A stretch of DNA of 64,000 bases from Callorhinchus milii (Eukaryota). The stretch is taken from contig NW_024704743.1 of NCBI RefSeq assembly GCF_018977255.1, forward strand, positions 22,942,001 through 23,006,000, written 5' to 3'. The notes under the pieces are model-generated. The model was not told the origin of the DNA. It ran no database searches and was given only the letters and a program-made list of their open reading frames with translations. Below, piece by piece: positions 63,326 to 64,000 of this stretch; the stretch's first letter is position 1, and each line of letters begins with the position of its first letter. The translations under genes and the position numbers were made by a program.

Positions 63326-63913
63326 ATTTGGCTTTCAGTTTCCTCCTCTATTGCCATAAAACTGTACCTCATCTTGGGTGTGGTTGCATAGGTACCGACC
63401 ATACATCTACAACTTGTCTTCACTTGATAATCATATAAAATGAGCAATGCTAATTTCCTAGCATTCCTAAATATAAATATCATTAACATCTTATTTAATG
63501 GTCAGTGTTAAGAAATATCGCAATTGAGTTTCCTTTGATAAACCGTTTCCTGTTTGTTTTTACGAAAAGATGTAAATCTCGACAAAAATACATATTCATA
63601 CCATGTGGATGTGACCTAGTGATGAAATAGATGCTATGTGTTTGCTGTTGCAACACCTCTTCAAGGAAGACTGCACTCCTTCATAAACAAAACTACCAAC
63701 AGATCGCAGACGCTAAGATTAATCTTTCTCGTTGTTCTGACTGATTACCTGCCTAGAATTTGTAAGGTAAATATGTTTTGGGCACTGTTAAGGAATCTGC
63801 AGCAAGTACACATGTTTCTGTATCTTTTGCTTTGCAAAACCATCATATGGCCAATAGTAGCAGCCCTTCCTGTACCCTAGATGTGTGCATTCGTCACAGG
63901 CAATAATCATTGT

Positions 63914-64000
63914 GTGTCAGCCTGGCTCAGTTGCTAGCACTCTTGCCTCTGAGTCAGGAGGTTGAGTGTTCAAGCCCTATCTTGGAACTTGAAACTCATT
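63914..64000 (+). mobile_element. tRNA-like head of an older SINE, truncated by the window end
   Basis: gtgtcagcctggctcagttgctagcactcttgcctctgagtcaggaggttgagtgttcaagcc, the same head as at 59578. Confidence 0.7.

Noticed and set aside
63541..63880. Possible next UPP1 exon
   Set aside because: I found no frame with the expected NP...DILYHF motif. The exon probably lies beyond the window.

Overview
AT-rich, repeat-dense vertebrate genomic DNA. The repeat set (Deu-domain tRNA SINEs, L2 and CR1 LINE relics) points to a cartilaginous fish, possibly a chimaera; this is an inference. Splicing by hand recovers a complete 8-coding-exon + strand gene (8225..44100, about 322-324 aa). It is an orthologue of the uncharacterised gene C7orf57, and the ORF track almost entirely misses it. 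A near-canonical RFX X-box and forkhead sites lie about 3.2 kb upstream of its start exon. Downstream are a probable non-coding first exon (donor at 54052) and a 44-nt start exon (57216..57259) that fit UPP1, the human neighbour of C7orf57. The rest is intron or intergenic DNA: two co-segregating SINE subfamilies (the youngest shares the 3' stem-loop of local L2 elements), nested CR1s, a 109-bp Tc1/mariner-type MITE inside a SINE, a four-copy unclassified old repeat, a possible Harbinger Myb relic and an 81-bp purine minisatellite. I found no prokaryotic-type systems such as CRISPR arrays or operons, and most short ORFs in the track are repeat-derived noise. Gene identities rest on recalled protein sequences, not on database searches.
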